Positions 1-9,980 of a stretch of 36,542 nucleotides of DNA are shown here, piece by piece. Position numbers and translations under genes: made by a program. This DNA is from Candidatus Falkowbacteria bacterium (lineage in GTDB: Bacteria; Patescibacteriota; Patescibacteriia; Patescibacteriales; SZUA-104). The stretch lies in assembly GCA_027020105.1 (NCBI GenBank), contig JALUVW010000077.1, positions 1 through 36,542 of the forward strand, given 5' to 3'. Under the pieces are notes generated by a model that saw only the letters and a list, made by a program, of their open reading frames with translations, was not told where the DNA came from and ran no database searches. Numbering within the stretch: position 1 is the stretch's first letter; each line of letters opens with the position of its first letter.

Positions 1-3000
1 GTATCGTGCAGTTTTCCACGCAATTTCCGGAGGCTCCGCAAGCATCGCCCAAATTCGCGGTTGACGGGCATCTGCCGCTGCCGTCACTGCAAACAAAATA
101 ATCTCCCCACGGCTCCCACAATCCATTAGTGGTAACCGGCGGCCAAGGGTTCTCGCAAATAAACACCCACGCGTTGGCTTTGCCTGTATATTTCTCTTCT
201 CCGTCTTCGGCGCTGCCTGAAACATCCGCCGTAGCCGATATTACCGCCTTGTTGTCGGTAATGCCCTGTTGAGCCTCGTATAATTGTTCGTAATTATCCG
301 CCGAAAACGGACTATCCGGGTCAAGATCCACGACCGCGTCATTGTTTGAGTTCCAAAGCCAATCCCATTCGTAAACTCCGGCAACCTCGGACAAGCTTTG
401 TCCGTCGGCGGAAACCGCCCAAGCGGCAAACACCTTGTCTCTGTCTTTTATCGTGTCAAAGCTGTCATCTCCCGAATTGGCGTCATTCTCCTTTATGTCA
501 TCCTTTGTGGTTTTAAACAAATATGAATCGGGCGTAATGTTCACGTGGTCTATTTTGCAAATTCCGCTGTTCGGCGACTGTTCATCTATGGTGGTAAACG
601 ACCAAACGTATCCATAATATTCTTTTCCGTTAAAGGTTCTGTCAATTAAATCCACCGTCCCGCCCTCGCTAACAGTGAGGTTCGTGCCGTTAATATCGCG
701 CCAATCATCCGCCATGCCGATTCCTCTATAATTTAAAACCCCCTCGTTATTATCGTCATCCAAGTTGTTGTCGCCTTTGATAATCACATAATACGCGGTT
801 TTGGCGTCCAATAAATTTTTGGGAGAAAAAGTCAAAGTGGTGTTGCCGTCGGAATTCTGAACGCTGCTTACCGTTCCGGAAATGGCGCAGAAATTGTCCG
901 ACAAAGCTCTTGCGCCGGGAAATATCGGAGACAATATTTTCGCTATAATTCTTTTAATTCCCATCCACGCTTTATCGGCCACTCCCTTGTTGTTAACGGT
1001 TAAATATTCGGTGCCCGGCGGACATAGCCGCTCTCCGTAATTGCCCACCATAATCACATTGCCGTTAAAACTTGATACGTCCATTTTCTGGTTAAAATCA
1101 ACGGTAACCAAAGAGTTTCGGCAAACATTCGCGGCTCCGTTGTCCGGAGAAACGGTTTCAATTTTCGGGCCGGCGGGGCAATAAGTTTCGCCGGCGTCTC
1201 CTTCGCAGCCCACGTCGCAGCATACGTTATCGTCGCATAAATACTCCTCCGGAGCGCAATTCGCGCATAAACTGGCGTCGGCGTCCAAGCACCCCCCTGA
1301 TGCCGTTGAGCAGCAAACCGTTCCGCATTCCTCTTCTTCCGGGCCGCAAACGGTCGGGCAAAAAGTGTTGCCGGGAGGGCCTTCGCAAGCGGTCGGACAA
1401 CACGAAGAGTCGTCGCACAATTCATTGGGAGGAAGGCAGTCCGAGATCTTGTCTCGGCACACGCCGGCCGGATAATCGGCGTCATTCAATTCGCAATATT
1501 TTCCGCTTGTGCCTTCGCAGTTGCACGCCGCGTCGCTCAAAGCTTGGTCCGGCACCCCTCCCACTTCAATCCTGCATCCGGAACATTCGCCGAAACCCGA
1601 TCCGTCATCCGTGGTATCGCTGCCGCATGTCCCCGCGCAAACCAAGCCGGTGCAGCAATCGCGCGCGTCCTGGCCTATTTCACAACAACATTCGCAAGAA
1701 GCTTCGTCGGTCATCTCGCATCTTTCGGACAATGTGTTGCATACCGATCCGGCCAGACAAATGTCCTGATCCACTCCGCAAACCCCCTCCCCGTCGCCGT
1801 CGTTATCGTCAAAACAAACAAAGCCGCTGTCGCAAAGACTGCAGGTATCGGCGGTAACGGAATCAACGCACTTATCGCCGGAAGCCCTTATCCATCCGTC
1901 CGGACACGAAGCGCCGGTATTGATATGCCAAACATTATAAGTATTCAAGCCGTCATTGTATTCGGAACAATATTTAACAACGGTTTTTCCAAAAATATCT
2001 TGAGCGGTTGAGTTCAGGCTGCAACCCCCCTGCGTATTGTCAACGCATTTGTTTAAATTGAGATTATAAGCGCAGGAAGGAGCGGCGCACGCGCCCACGC
2101 CGTCGCAATCAGCGTCCGAACATCCGCCCATATCCACGGTTTCTCCCCCGGGGTAAGGCGAACATCGGCCGGGAGAGTTGGGGCAAAATTCAGTATCTTG
2201 GCATTGGTTTAAATTATAGCCGGAGCATGTGCTCGGCGCCTGACAGGTGCATGTGCCTGGATCGCAGATCAATCCCTGTCCGCAGCTGCCGTCGTCTTCG
2301 CATAAAGAAGTGGAATCATTCAAGTCGCAGCTATCGCCGACATTGCCTCCCGCGTCCGTGCTGAAATCCCACTCGTAAACCGAACTGGAAATATCCACAT
2401 AGCAATCGTCCGTCGTCGCTTCGCATCTTCCCTCCTTGTAGGTTCCGGGCGGACAGCATATTTGCGCTCCGCAGGCGTCATCAGAATTGTCTTGCTCGGT
2501 GCACAAGCCCACCGTAAAATTGATTCCGTTTCCCTCATCACCGCTTTGCGCGACTCTTACCGGACCGCTGACCGCGTTATTGTGAACGGTCGTGTCTATT
2601 CTTTGCGCGTCGCCATCGGGGCCCCAATAAGTTATCGCCGTTCCGCTTTGGTCGTTATTCAAATGAAACCTGACCAAACCGGTGGCTTGCTCCCCGAAAT
2701 ATTCTCCCCATAAAGATATGTCGCTGTTGTTAAGCCCCACCGTGGGCTGAATTTTGCATAAACTCGGTTTAAGGGACAAGCTTTCATCGTATTTAAAAGT
2801 ATTGTCAACGGTTGCCGTGGGAATAATTCCGCTTGAATCAATCGGCCCATCCCATCCTTGAACATCTATGACTATGTAATAATCGGTCAAATTAACCAAC
2901 CCCGGCGGCGCCTTGACTATAATTTGATTATCAGACCACAGGCTGTCGCCGCAAATATCCGGAAAGTCATAACTCGCCTCCACGCCGTCAACGGCGTCGC

Positions 3001-5272
3001 CAAGATTATCGTCAAAATAAACACGGTGAGTCGTTCCTATTTGATCCTTGGTGGCATTGCCGAATCCGCTGCCGTAAATAGTCACGTATTGGCCCTGACT
3101 TCCTTTAATCGGGCTAAAAGAAGTGATTTGCGGGCCGGTTTTCGGTTCCGGCTTCTTCGTGAACCGCAAAAAATTACTGTTCACGTCTATATTGTTTTGT
3201 TTAATCGCCGTAAAGGCGGTGGTTTTTCCCGTTTGCATATTCGGCACATCGGCCGTTCCCTCCGTATCGCCGTTAAATACCGAGTTTAAAGCGTTGATAT
3301 TGTCAACGGCGCTGCCAAATTTCGCCGTGGCGCCGTTTAAGCCTATGCCGTAATAAGTGACGGTATCGTTCATTGCGCCGGCGTCCGGGTCCAACAGGCA
3401 AATCCCCGGGCGTTCAATGCCGTTAACAACAAAATCAAAATCCGGTCCCCGTCCGTCCGCGCTCCGCGTGCTGTCTGAAAATCCGTTATCGGCCGTAACC
3501 GTAATCGTTGTTCCCGGTCCGAGACTTAAACCGTCGGGAACGACAACGACTATTTGGTTGTCGCTCCAGCTACCGGAACAATTCTCGTTTACGGTATCCG
3601 CCAAACTGGCGGTAAACTCATTTACGCCATCGTTAAACACCACCGAACCGCTTCCTTGAATATCGTTAAAATATCGCCCGCCAATAGTCACTAAATTGCC
3701 GCTCGCTCCGTTGGGAGTGCCGGTGTCGCAAGTGGTTCCGCAGTCGCTGTCGTCTCGGCACGGCACGTTATTGTCGTCGTCGCAAAATCCGCCCGAAGGT
3801 TCAACCCAATCAATAATCGGAGCGTTTTGGCAAAGGCAGCAACTTGACACGTCCGCGCCGTATCCGCTCGCGGAACAAGCGTCAAGATCGGAGCCGGCGG
3901 AAGAACAAAATCCGGAAGCGCACAGATCGTCGCTGCAGCTTGTCGCCGGCATATTTTCCGCGTCAATGGCGCACGCCGATCCTTCACAGGCCCCGCATTC
4001 ACCTCCGCAGTCAACGCCCTCTTCTCCGTCGGCCGTGTCTTGGACCCCGTTACAGCAATGCGCCGCCTTAACGGTAATCGTTTTGTTGTCGCCCGCGCTG
4101 CGGCTGTCAATATCATAAGCGGTGGCGGTTATCGTTACCGCGTCTCCCGGAGCGTAACCGCTCGCGTCCCATAAAGTATTGGCGCTAAACGGCGAGTCGC
4201 CGTCGGAATTGACGACGGTGTCAATGCTCGCGCCGTCAGCCGAAAACTCTATGCTGTCCACGCCGCTATCATCGGCGCCGTTCGCCAGTAATTCATTGTC
4301 GGGAACGGCGCATATTTGCCCGAGGCCGAGATTTACCGTGGGGTCTTCGCAATCAATCAAATCTCCCACATTAAACGTGATGGAGCAATCCGTTCCCGAG
4401 CCGGGGCAAGACAGCTGAATGTCGCCCACGCTTAAAATGCCGGCCGGACCGTCAACCGCCGTGACCGTTACTTGCTCTCCGGCGTTGAAACAATTGGTTG
4501 CTCCGCACAAATTGCTTCCGCAATCTCCGTCCGGCGTAAATATGATTCGTTTTCCGTCAACTTCCCTGGTCCCGGGAATAGGATCCCCGTCCCCGTTTGT
4601 TACGGTAAAATTCGTGTCATCAATAAAATTGGTATCGCCGACATACAAATTAAAAGAATACCTGATTTTTATGTTTCTGATCACGTTGACATCGCCGTCG
4701 TTGGGGGAGGTGGAGCTAACGTTAAATTCCGGAGGAAAATCGCAAGAATCGGCGCACCCGAAAGAACAACACACTTCGGTCGCGTCGCAAGTGTAGCTGC
4801 AATCGGTCCATGATTCGTTTACGCAGGTTTGCGTTCCCAGATTGGCGCAGCCGCAAGTCTTGACCGCGCCATTCTCGCATAACCCGCCGGTAGCGGTCAA
4901 TAATTTATTCAGGACAAATGTGGTGGCGCCGAAAGAAAGCAAAATTATCAATAATCCGATTATGGCGCCGGACAACACTTTTCTGGCTTTGTCGATTTTT
5001 TCCATATTGCCGGCGGCGGACATCCAAAGCCAGCCGGCGTATATCGTCAGTCCCAAAGCGATAATACCCAAAAAGCCCAAGGCCACTCTGATAATATTGG
5101 CCGCCAATATCCGCGGATCTTCGCTTCCCAGACCTATGGTATTGCCGATTTCATTCTGCGTCCCGCCCCAAAGCAGATTATCGGCGCTTTGCGCCAAAGC
5201 GAAATTAACCGCGGCGGACATGGCTGTTAACACGAAAAATATGATTATTAAATTTTTTGTTTTTTTCAACAT
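1..5272 (-). CDS. Giant (>=1757 aa, 3'-partial) Cys-rich surface protein: N-terminal signal + TrbC/VirB2-like pilin domain, Ig-like (Big_5-type) and IPT/TIG-like domains
   Basis: Manual translation from ATG at 5272 (MLKKTKNLIIIFFVLTAMSAAVNFALAQ...DPRILAANIIRVALGFLGIIALGLTIYAGWLWMSAAGNMEKIDKARKVLSGAIIGLLIILLSF) stays open to the window edge (...GNCVENCTI). Contains PQITSFSPIKGSQGQYVTIYGSGFG and WSDNQI (IPT-like), PKIETVSPDNGAANVCRNSLVTVDFNQKMD (Ig-like) and many CC/CxxxC blocks. Absent from the ORF track because no stop lies in the window. Confidence 0.88.
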   Translation of the reverse strand, partial: MLKKTKNLIIIFFVLTAMSAAVNFALAQSADNLLWGGTQNEIGNTIGLGSEDPRILAANIIRVALGFLGIIALGLTIYAGWLWMSAAGNMEKIDKARKVLSGAIIGLLIILLSFGATTFVLNKLLTATGGLCENGAVKTCGCANLGTQTCVNESWTDCSYTCDATEVCCSFGCADSCDFPPEFNVSSTSPNDGDVNVIRNIKIRYSFNLYVGDTNFIDDTNFTVTNGDGDPIPGTREVDGKRIIFTPDGDCGSNLCGATNCFNAGEQVTVTAVDGPAGILSVGDIQLSCPGSGTDCSITFNVGDLIDCEDPTVNLGLGQICAVPDNELLANGADDSGVDSIEFSADGASIDTVVNSDGDSPFSANTLWDASGYAPGDAVTITATAYDIDSRSAGDNKTITVKAAHCCNGVQDTADGEEGVDCGGECGACEGSACAIDAENMPATSCSDDLCASGFCSSAGSDLDACSASGYGADVSSCCLCQNAPIIDWVEPSGGFCDDDNNVPCRDDSDCGTTCDTGTPNGASGNLVTIGGRYFNDIQGSGSVVFNDGVNEFTASLADTVNENCSGSWSDNQIVVVVPDGLSLGPGTTITVTADNGFSDSTRSADGRGPDFDFVVNGIERPGICLLDPDAGAMNDTVTYYGIGLNGATAKFGSAVDNINALNSVFNGDTEGTADVPNMQTGKTTAFTAIKQNNIDVNSNFLRFTKKPEPKTGPQITSFSPIKGSQGQYVTIYGSGFGNATKDQIGTTHRVYFDDNLGDAVDGVEASYDFPDICGDSLWSDNQIIVKAPPGLVNLTDYYIVIDVQGWDGPIDSSGIIPTATVDNTFKYDESLSLKPSLCKIQPTVGLNNSDISLWGEYFGEQATGLVRFHLNNDQSGTAITYWGPDGDAQRIDTTVHNNAVSGPVRVAQSGDEGNGINFTVGLCTEQDNSDDACGAQICCPPGTYKEGRCEATTDDCYVDISSSVYEWDFSTDAGGNVGDSCDLNDSTSLCEDDGSCGQGLICDPGTCTCQAPSTCSGYNLNQCQDTEFCPNSPGRCSPYPGGETVDMGGCSDADCDGVGACAAPSCAYNLNLNKCVDNTQGGCSLNSTAQDIFGKTVVKYCSEYNDGLNTYNVWHINTGASCPDGWIRASGDKCVDSVTADTCSLCDSGFVCFDDNDGDGEGVCGVDQDICLAGSVCNTLSERCEMTDEASCECCCEIGQDARDCCTGLVCAGTCGSDTTDDGSGFGECSGCRIEVGGVPDQALSDAACNCEGTSGKYCELNDADYPAGVCRDKISDCLPPNELCDDSSCCPTACEGPPGNTFCPTVCGPEEEECGTVCCSTASGGCLDADASLCANCAPEEYLCDDNVCCDVGCEGDAGETYCPAGPKIETVSPDNGAANVCRNSLVTVDFNQKMDVSSFNGNVIMVGNYGERLCPPGTEYLTVNNKGVADKAWMGIKRIIAKILSPIFPGARALSDNFCAISGTVSSVQNSDGNTTLTFSPKNLLDAKTAYYVIIKGDNNLDDDNNEGVLNYRGIGMADDWRDINGTNLTVSEGGTVDLIDRTFNGKEYYGYVWSFTTIDEQSPNSGICKIDHVNITPDSYLFKTTKDDIKENDANSGDDSFDTIKDRDKVFAAWAVSADGQSLSEVAGVYEWDWLWNSNNDAVVDLDPDSPFSADNYEQLYEAQQGITDNKAVISATADVSGSAEDGEEKYTGKANAWVFICENPWPPVTTNGLWEPWGDYFVCSDGSGRCPSTANLGDACGASGNCVENCTI

Positions 5273-5276
5273 TTTA

Positions 5277-5397
5277 ATTAAATCAAAATTTAAAAATCAA
5301 AAATCAAAATGACAATTTAAAGTATAAAATTTATACAGTTTAATAATTTTAAATTCCGCATTGTCATTTTCCATTTTGCTTTTTGGTTTTTACATTT
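5277..5397. repeat. Heptamer-armed inverted-repeat element, family A (TCAAAAA-TCAAAAT-GACAAT ... ATTGTC-ATTTT)
   Basis: Left arm aaaatttaaaaatcaaaaatcaaaatgacaatttaaagt; right arm aattccgcattgtcattttccattttgctttttggtttttacatttt; fills the spacer between the two pilin-headed genes. Confidence 0.85.
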
Positions 5398-8016
5398 TTA
5401 TGGGCATTCGCTCCCGGCCGTCAACACCTCTCCGCAACAAGAAGGAAAAGCTTCCGTGGCCGCGCAATTCGGTCCGGCGCTCGGCTTAAAACAGTTTTGG
5501 TATATGTCTTTAACGCCGGAACCGACTTGCGAACGATAACTGGTCGCGTCGGAAAGCATTGAATGGTTAATCCGCGCCACCGTATAATCAGGGTATCCGT
5601 CCAAAGGGGGCGTATCAACGTTTTCTTTGGTAATCCAATAGCCGATCGGTTTGTTGTTGAAATTTCTGATATTTATCAATTTATGCTCAACCTTATTGTC
5701 GCCGTTGGACACCGTCTTGCTGCCGGTTTTCAAACTGTCCGACATCATCACCTTGCTGAAAGAAACCAATACCGGCTCGTTAAGAGAAACCCCCGAATAA
5801 TTATGTTCCGGTGAAATAAGATTGATTTTCGGCGGAGCCAAATCTATCGCGTCGCTAATATAAAACGACCACCGAAAATTATCCCCTCCCGGCCCTCCGG
5901 TATTTTCATTATAAAACGACACGGGAGCGTCGGCTTCTCCGTTTCTGTTGCCGTCCAATGAGTTGGAGGCGGTATCGGCAATTCCTTCCAACGGATAATT
6001 CGCGAGAGGATAATTTACGCCGTCTGAGTTTTGGCAAGCGTAGGAGGTTCCGACACTCGCGCAATTATTGTACGGCGTCTTATAAGCGCAATCGCTGTCG
6101 CCGGCGCATACGTCCAGCCGAGCGGCGACCATATCCACTTTTAAATTGGCGTTCTCCGGCAGGCAGTAAATCTTTTCTCCGCACCCGTTTACTCCGCATT
6201 GGTTGTCGGAGACAAACTCAACCGTTTTATAATTGTTGGAAACCGTAAAGCTGCCGCGAACGCAGACATCCGAACCGCAGTCAAAAAATTCCGAACCCGT
6301 ACAATCGCCGCTTACGCATTTTACGGCTATATAATCCTGCAAACTCTCGGCGTCGCCCGAAACCGTCAAAGGATTTACGGCTTCATTAAAGTTGATTTGT
6401 ATAACGGAGTTTCTCGGCTGATCCTTCTTGTCGTTTACGATGGTCGTCACTTCCCTGTCAGTTCCGCCGGACATGGGCGTTATGTCAATGGCGTCCGTAT
6501 TGCTGGTCGCCAACACAATATTGTTTCCGGAGCTGCCGGCGACTTTGGCGGTCACGAAAATTGAGCTTCCGGAGGTGACAAAACTGCCAAGAAGAGGATT
6601 TTTAACCAAAACGCCGGTAATATTGGACGCGGTCGCGGCCGTGGTTCCGCCAATGGCGATGTCCTCTCCGAAAACATAGGTTATATCGCCCGCGGTCAAT
6701 GTGTCCGCTTTTTGCTCGGCGGTGATGTCAACATTCCAAGAATTGCCGGCGCCGTAAGCGCCGTCGCCGGCAACGGTTAAGGTAAAATAACCCGGGAAAG
6801 TTACGGACGATCCGTTAAACGCGGCGGAACCGAGCAACACGCTTCCTTTGCTTAATTGCGCGGTTGAACCGTCCGATAAAATCGTAACCGTTAAAATTCC
6901 GCTCTCTTGATTGCCGCTGTCGGCAACCGCCTCGGCGTCGTTCCAATCGGCTCCCGACGGATTTTTGCCAACGCTCGCGACAACGGCGGGAACATAAACG
7001 TTCGGCTGGCCAACCACTCTTATGACGCCGCTTGCCGCCACGGCGTCGGTTATCGCGCCAACTTCGTCTTGCTCGTTGTCGGGCACGGGGAAAACGCCGC
7101 CTTCTTTAACTTGCGGCGGAGTCAGGTCCACTTTATTGCTGACTTTAAACTGCCACTCCATATAGTCGGCCGAACAAGTGGAGAAAATGCCGTTATTCGC
7201 GCCGCTCTTATCTCTTTTTTCTATTTCATTGGTTAAATGAACCGTATACCAAATATGCTCCGACGGCGAACCCAAATATTCAGTCGGAATAAAGACAAAA
7301 GTTTTATTGTCATTGGTGGCCACATTCACTTCAAGAACGTTTCCGTCGCAAGGGGGGCCGCAAGCGTCGCCGGCCGCGGTCTTGTAAATTCTGACATTTT
7401 CCGGAATTATATATTCTCCGGCATCGCAAACGCCGTTATTGTTGCCGCCCGCGTCATCGCAAAGAGTTGTCGGGTCAACCTCTTCCTTAAAAGTAATGAT
7501 AATGGCGGTGTTTCTCGGGACTTCTTCCTGGTTCGGCTCCGGATAAACGCTCTCAACCGTGCAACTCCCCAAGGCGCCGAGCCCCGTGCCCGCGTCGGGC
7601 GGACCGGCTCCCGGCCCCGGACCGCCGACTCTGGTCGCTCCCAAAAACTTGCTTAAAATAAACGTAACGATGCCGAACGACAACAAAATAATGGCCAGCC
7701 CGATAACCGCGTTTCTTAAAACTTGCTTGGCTTTTGTTATTCGCGATTCTTCGCCCCCCGAAGTCATCCAAAGAAATCCGGCATACATTATCAGGCCGAC
7801 AGCGATAATACCCAAGAAACCGATAAACACTCTGATTATTTTGGCCGCCAATATTCGCGGATCTTCGCTTCCCAACCCTATGGTGTTGCCGACTTCGTTC
7901 TGCGTCCCGCCCCAGAGCAAATTGTCCGCGCCTTGCGCCAAAGCGAAATTAACCGCGACGGACATGGCTGTCAACACGAAAAATATGACAATTAAATTTT
8001 TTGTTTTTTTTAGCAT
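5398..8016 (-). CDS. Pilin-headed (TrbC/VirB2-like) surface protein with Ig-like (Big_5-type) domains, 872 aa
   Basis: Signal peptide ending ALA; pilin motif IIRVFIGFLGIIAVGLIMYAGFLWMTSGGEESRITKAKQVLRNAVIGLAII; Ig-like repeats VESVYPEPNQEEVPRNTAIIITFKEEVD and PPKINLISPEHNYSGVSLNEPVLVSFSKVM. Confidence 0.85.
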   Translation of the reverse strand: MLKKTKNLIVIFFVLTAMSVAVNFALAQGADNLLWGGTQNEVGNTIGLGSEDPRILAAKIIRVFIGFLGIIAVGLIMYAGFLWMTSGGEESRITKAKQVLRNAVIGLAIILLSFGIVTFILSKFLGATRVGGPGPGAGPPDAGTGLGALGSCTVESVYPEPNQEEVPRNTAIIITFKEEVDPTTLCDDAGGNNNGVCDAGEYIIPENVRIYKTAAGDACGPPCDGNVLEVNVATNDNKTFVFIPTEYLGSPSEHIWYTVHLTNEIEKRDKSGANNGIFSTCSADYMEWQFKVSNKVDLTPPQVKEGGVFPVPDNEQDEVGAITDAVAASGVIRVVGQPNVYVPAVVASVGKNPSGADWNDAEAVADSGNQESGILTVTILSDGSTAQLSKGSVLLGSAAFNGSSVTFPGYFTLTVAGDGAYGAGNSWNVDITAEQKADTLTAGDITYVFGEDIAIGGTTAATASNITGVLVKNPLLGSFVTSGSSIFVTAKVAGSSGNNIVLATSNTDAIDITPMSGGTDREVTTIVNDKKDQPRNSVIQINFNEAVNPLTVSGDAESLQDYIAVKCVSGDCTGSEFFDCGSDVCVRGSFTVSNNYKTVEFVSDNQCGVNGCGEKIYCLPENANLKVDMVAARLDVCAGDSDCAYKTPYNNCASVGTSYACQNSDGVNYPLANYPLEGIADTASNSLDGNRNGEADAPVSFYNENTGGPGGDNFRWSFYISDAIDLAPPKINLISPEHNYSGVSLNEPVLVSFSKVMMSDSLKTGSKTVSNGDNKVEHKLINIRNFNNKPIGYWITKENVDTPPLDGYPDYTVARINHSMLSDATSYRSQVGSGVKDIYQNCFKPSAGPNCAATEAFPSCCGEVLTAGSECP

Positions 8017-8029
8017 TGAATTTTTAGCA

Positions 8030-8230
8030 TTAAAATTAAAATGTAAATAGCAAAAATCAAAATGACAGTGTAAAATTTAAAATTAATTTTAGAAAATATT
8101 ACATAATCGGATTGCCGGCGCTTCTGATAAGCTTATAGATAAGCTATATTAAACGCGCTAAGGACCGGTAAAATAATTTTGCGTTTTTAATTGTCATTTT
8201 CCATTTTGATATTTAATTTTTAAATTTACA
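8030..8230 (-). repeat. Family A inverted-repeat element, long form with ~100-nt interior
   Basis: Its reverse complement aligns by eye over arms and interior with 14993-15192 (aaaatggaaaatgacaattaaaaaYgcaaaattattttaYcggt ... ggYaatccRatt..gYaatattYtctaaaattaattttaaa). Confidence 0.85.
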
Positions 8231-8272
8231 TTGACTAATCCACAGTTTTGCTATTTAATGATATTATACCAT
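8231..8272. promoter_or_regulatory. Probable divergent sigma70 promoters (pilin genes leftward, rel rightward)
   Basis: Minus strand: extended -10 TGgTATAAT (8271-8263). Plus strand: TTGACT at 8231 with TTTAAT 17 nt later, or TGaTATTAT at 8259. Confidence 0.4.
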
Positions 8273-8335
8273 AAATAAAACCAAGCCATCAAATTCGGCG
8301 ATACGGAGTTTGCGAGTTAAGCGGCCATAGATTCT

Positions 8336-9805
8336 ATGACTATTGACCAAATCATAAATAAAGTGAAAAAAAACAACCCAAAAGCGGATTTGGACTTGTT
8401 AAGGCTGGCCTATGACTTCGCGCAAAAGGCGCATAAGGGACAAAAAAGGCAGAACGGAGAACCGTACATACAGCACTCGCTGCATACCGCCTTCACTTTG
8501 GCGCAAATAAAAACCGATTTAAACACTATAATAGCGGGTCTTCTTCATGATGTTCCCGAAGACACGAAATACACGCTCGCGGATATAGAAAAAAACTTCG
8601 GCAAGGAGGTGGCCGGCTTGGTCAAGGGAATAACCAAACTAAGCAAAATCAAATACCGCGGAGTGGAAAGGTACGTGGAATCTTTAAAAAAAATGTTTCT
8701 GGCCATGGCCAACGACTTAAGGGTGATTCTTATTAAATTCGCGGACCGACTGCATAATTTAAGAACGCTTGACGCCCTCCCCCCGGAAAAACAGCAAAGA
8801 ATAGCCAGGGAAACGCTGGACATCTACGCTCCCATTGCCGGCCTTCTCGGTATCTGGCGCTTTAAGTGGCAAATGGAGGACTTGTGTTTTAAATATCTTT
8901 ATCCGGATGATTTTAAAAAAATAGAATATAAATACGAAGTGGAAAAAAAAGTTGAACGCAATCAATATATTCAAGGAATAAAAAATATCTTAAGCAAGGA
9001 ACTGAAAAAAGAAGGCATAGAACACACGATAACCGGCCGATTCAAGCACTTATACAGTATTTACAAAAAAATGCAGGCAAAAGACAGGAAATTTGACGAA
9101 ATTTACGATGTGTTCGCCTTGCGCGTTGTCGTAAAAAGCATACCCGATTGCTATAAAACGCTTGGCATAATCCACACGCTTTGGAAGCCCAAGCCGAACA
9201 GATTTAAGGATTATATCGCCTTGCCGAAGCCGAACGGCTACCGTTCTTTGCATACCACCGTCTATGGTCCGAACGGCAAAGCGACGGAGTTCCAAATCAG
9301 AACCGAAGAAATGAACCAAGAAGCCTTATACGGTATTGCCGCCCATTGGTATTATAAGGAAGAAGGAGGGAGCTATGAAAAACACAAATCAAAACAACCG
9401 CGCTGGGTCAAGGAAATTATGGACCTGCAGCTTAACGCGAAAAACTCGCATGACTTTATCAAGCGGGTTAAGTTTGACGTTTTTCACGACCGCATTTTCG
9501 TGTTTTCTCCCAAAGGCGATGTTTATGATTTGCCCGAAGGCGCCACTCCGGTTGATTTCGCTTACGCCGTGCACACCGACATCGGCAACCAGTGTTCGCG
9601 CGCCTTAATCAACGATAAAATATCAACTCTGGACGCGAAACTGAAAAGCGGCGAAGTGGTTGAAATTATTACCGACAAAAACCGCAAATACCCCAATCGC
9701 GACTGGCTTAAATTCGTTAAAACCCAGAAAGCCCGCAACAAAATAAAACAATTTTCAAAAATCTCCAAATTGGAAACAATCAAAAAACTGCTTCCGAAAA
9801 TATAA
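8336..9805 (+). CDS. rel: RelA/SpoT family (p)ppGpp synthetase/hydrolase (HD + synthetase + TGS, no C-terminal ACT)
   Basis: AHKGQKRQNGEPYIQH, GLLHDVPEDT, KFADRLHNLRTL, GRFKHLYSIYKKM, FKDYIALPKPNGYRSLHT, EFQIRT, TPVDFAYAVHTDIG. Confidence 0.95.
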   Translation: MTIDQIINKVKKNNPKADLDLLRLAYDFAQKAHKGQKRQNGEPYIQHSLHTAFTLAQIKTDLNTIIAGLLHDVPEDTKYTLADIEKNFGKEVAGLVKGITKLSKIKYRGVERYVESLKKMFLAMANDLRVILIKFADRLHNLRTLDALPPEKQQRIARETLDIYAPIAGLLGIWRFKWQMEDLCFKYLYPDDFKKIEYKYEVEKKVERNQYIQGIKNILSKELKKEGIEHTITGRFKHLYSIYKKMQAKDRKFDEIYDVFALRVVVKSIPDCYKTLGIIHTLWKPKPNRFKDYIALPKPNGYRSLHTTVYGPNGKATEFQIRTEEMNQEALYGIAAHWYYKEEGGSYEKHKSKQPRWVKEIMDLQLNAKNSHDFIKRVKFDVFHDRIFVFSPKGDVYDLPEGATPVDFAYAVHTDIGNQCSRALINDKISTLDAKLKSGEVVEIITDKNRKYPNRDWLKFVKTQKARNKIKQFSKISKLETIKKLLPKI

Positions 9806-9814
9806 ACAAACCAC

Positions 9815-9958
9815 TTAACCCCTGTTTTCTCCTATTATTCTCCGCAGCTCCTTTACTTTGGCGCCGCTTACTTTCATTTTTTTCCGTTTTTTATTCCGCC
9901 TTTTTTCATATCTCTTCTCTATTTCCTCCTGTCGTTCGTTCAAATTTTGTTTATTCAT
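9815..9958 (-). CDS. Small basic hypothetical protein (47 aa)
   Basis: Manual translation MNKQNLNERQEEIEKRYEKRRNKKRKKMKVSGAKVKELRRIIGENRG*; purine-rich coding bias; fills the gap convergent to rel; below the ORF-track cutoff. Confidence 0.6.
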   Translation of the reverse strand: MNKQNLNERQEEIEKRYEKRRNKKRKKMKVSGAKVKELRRIIGENRG

Positions 9959-9980
9959 AGAAAGATGATATAATTAACAT

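Noticed and set aside
241..5312. Many ORF-track calls on both strands
   Set aside because: Shadows or alternative frames of the single giant minus-strand CDS 1-5272.
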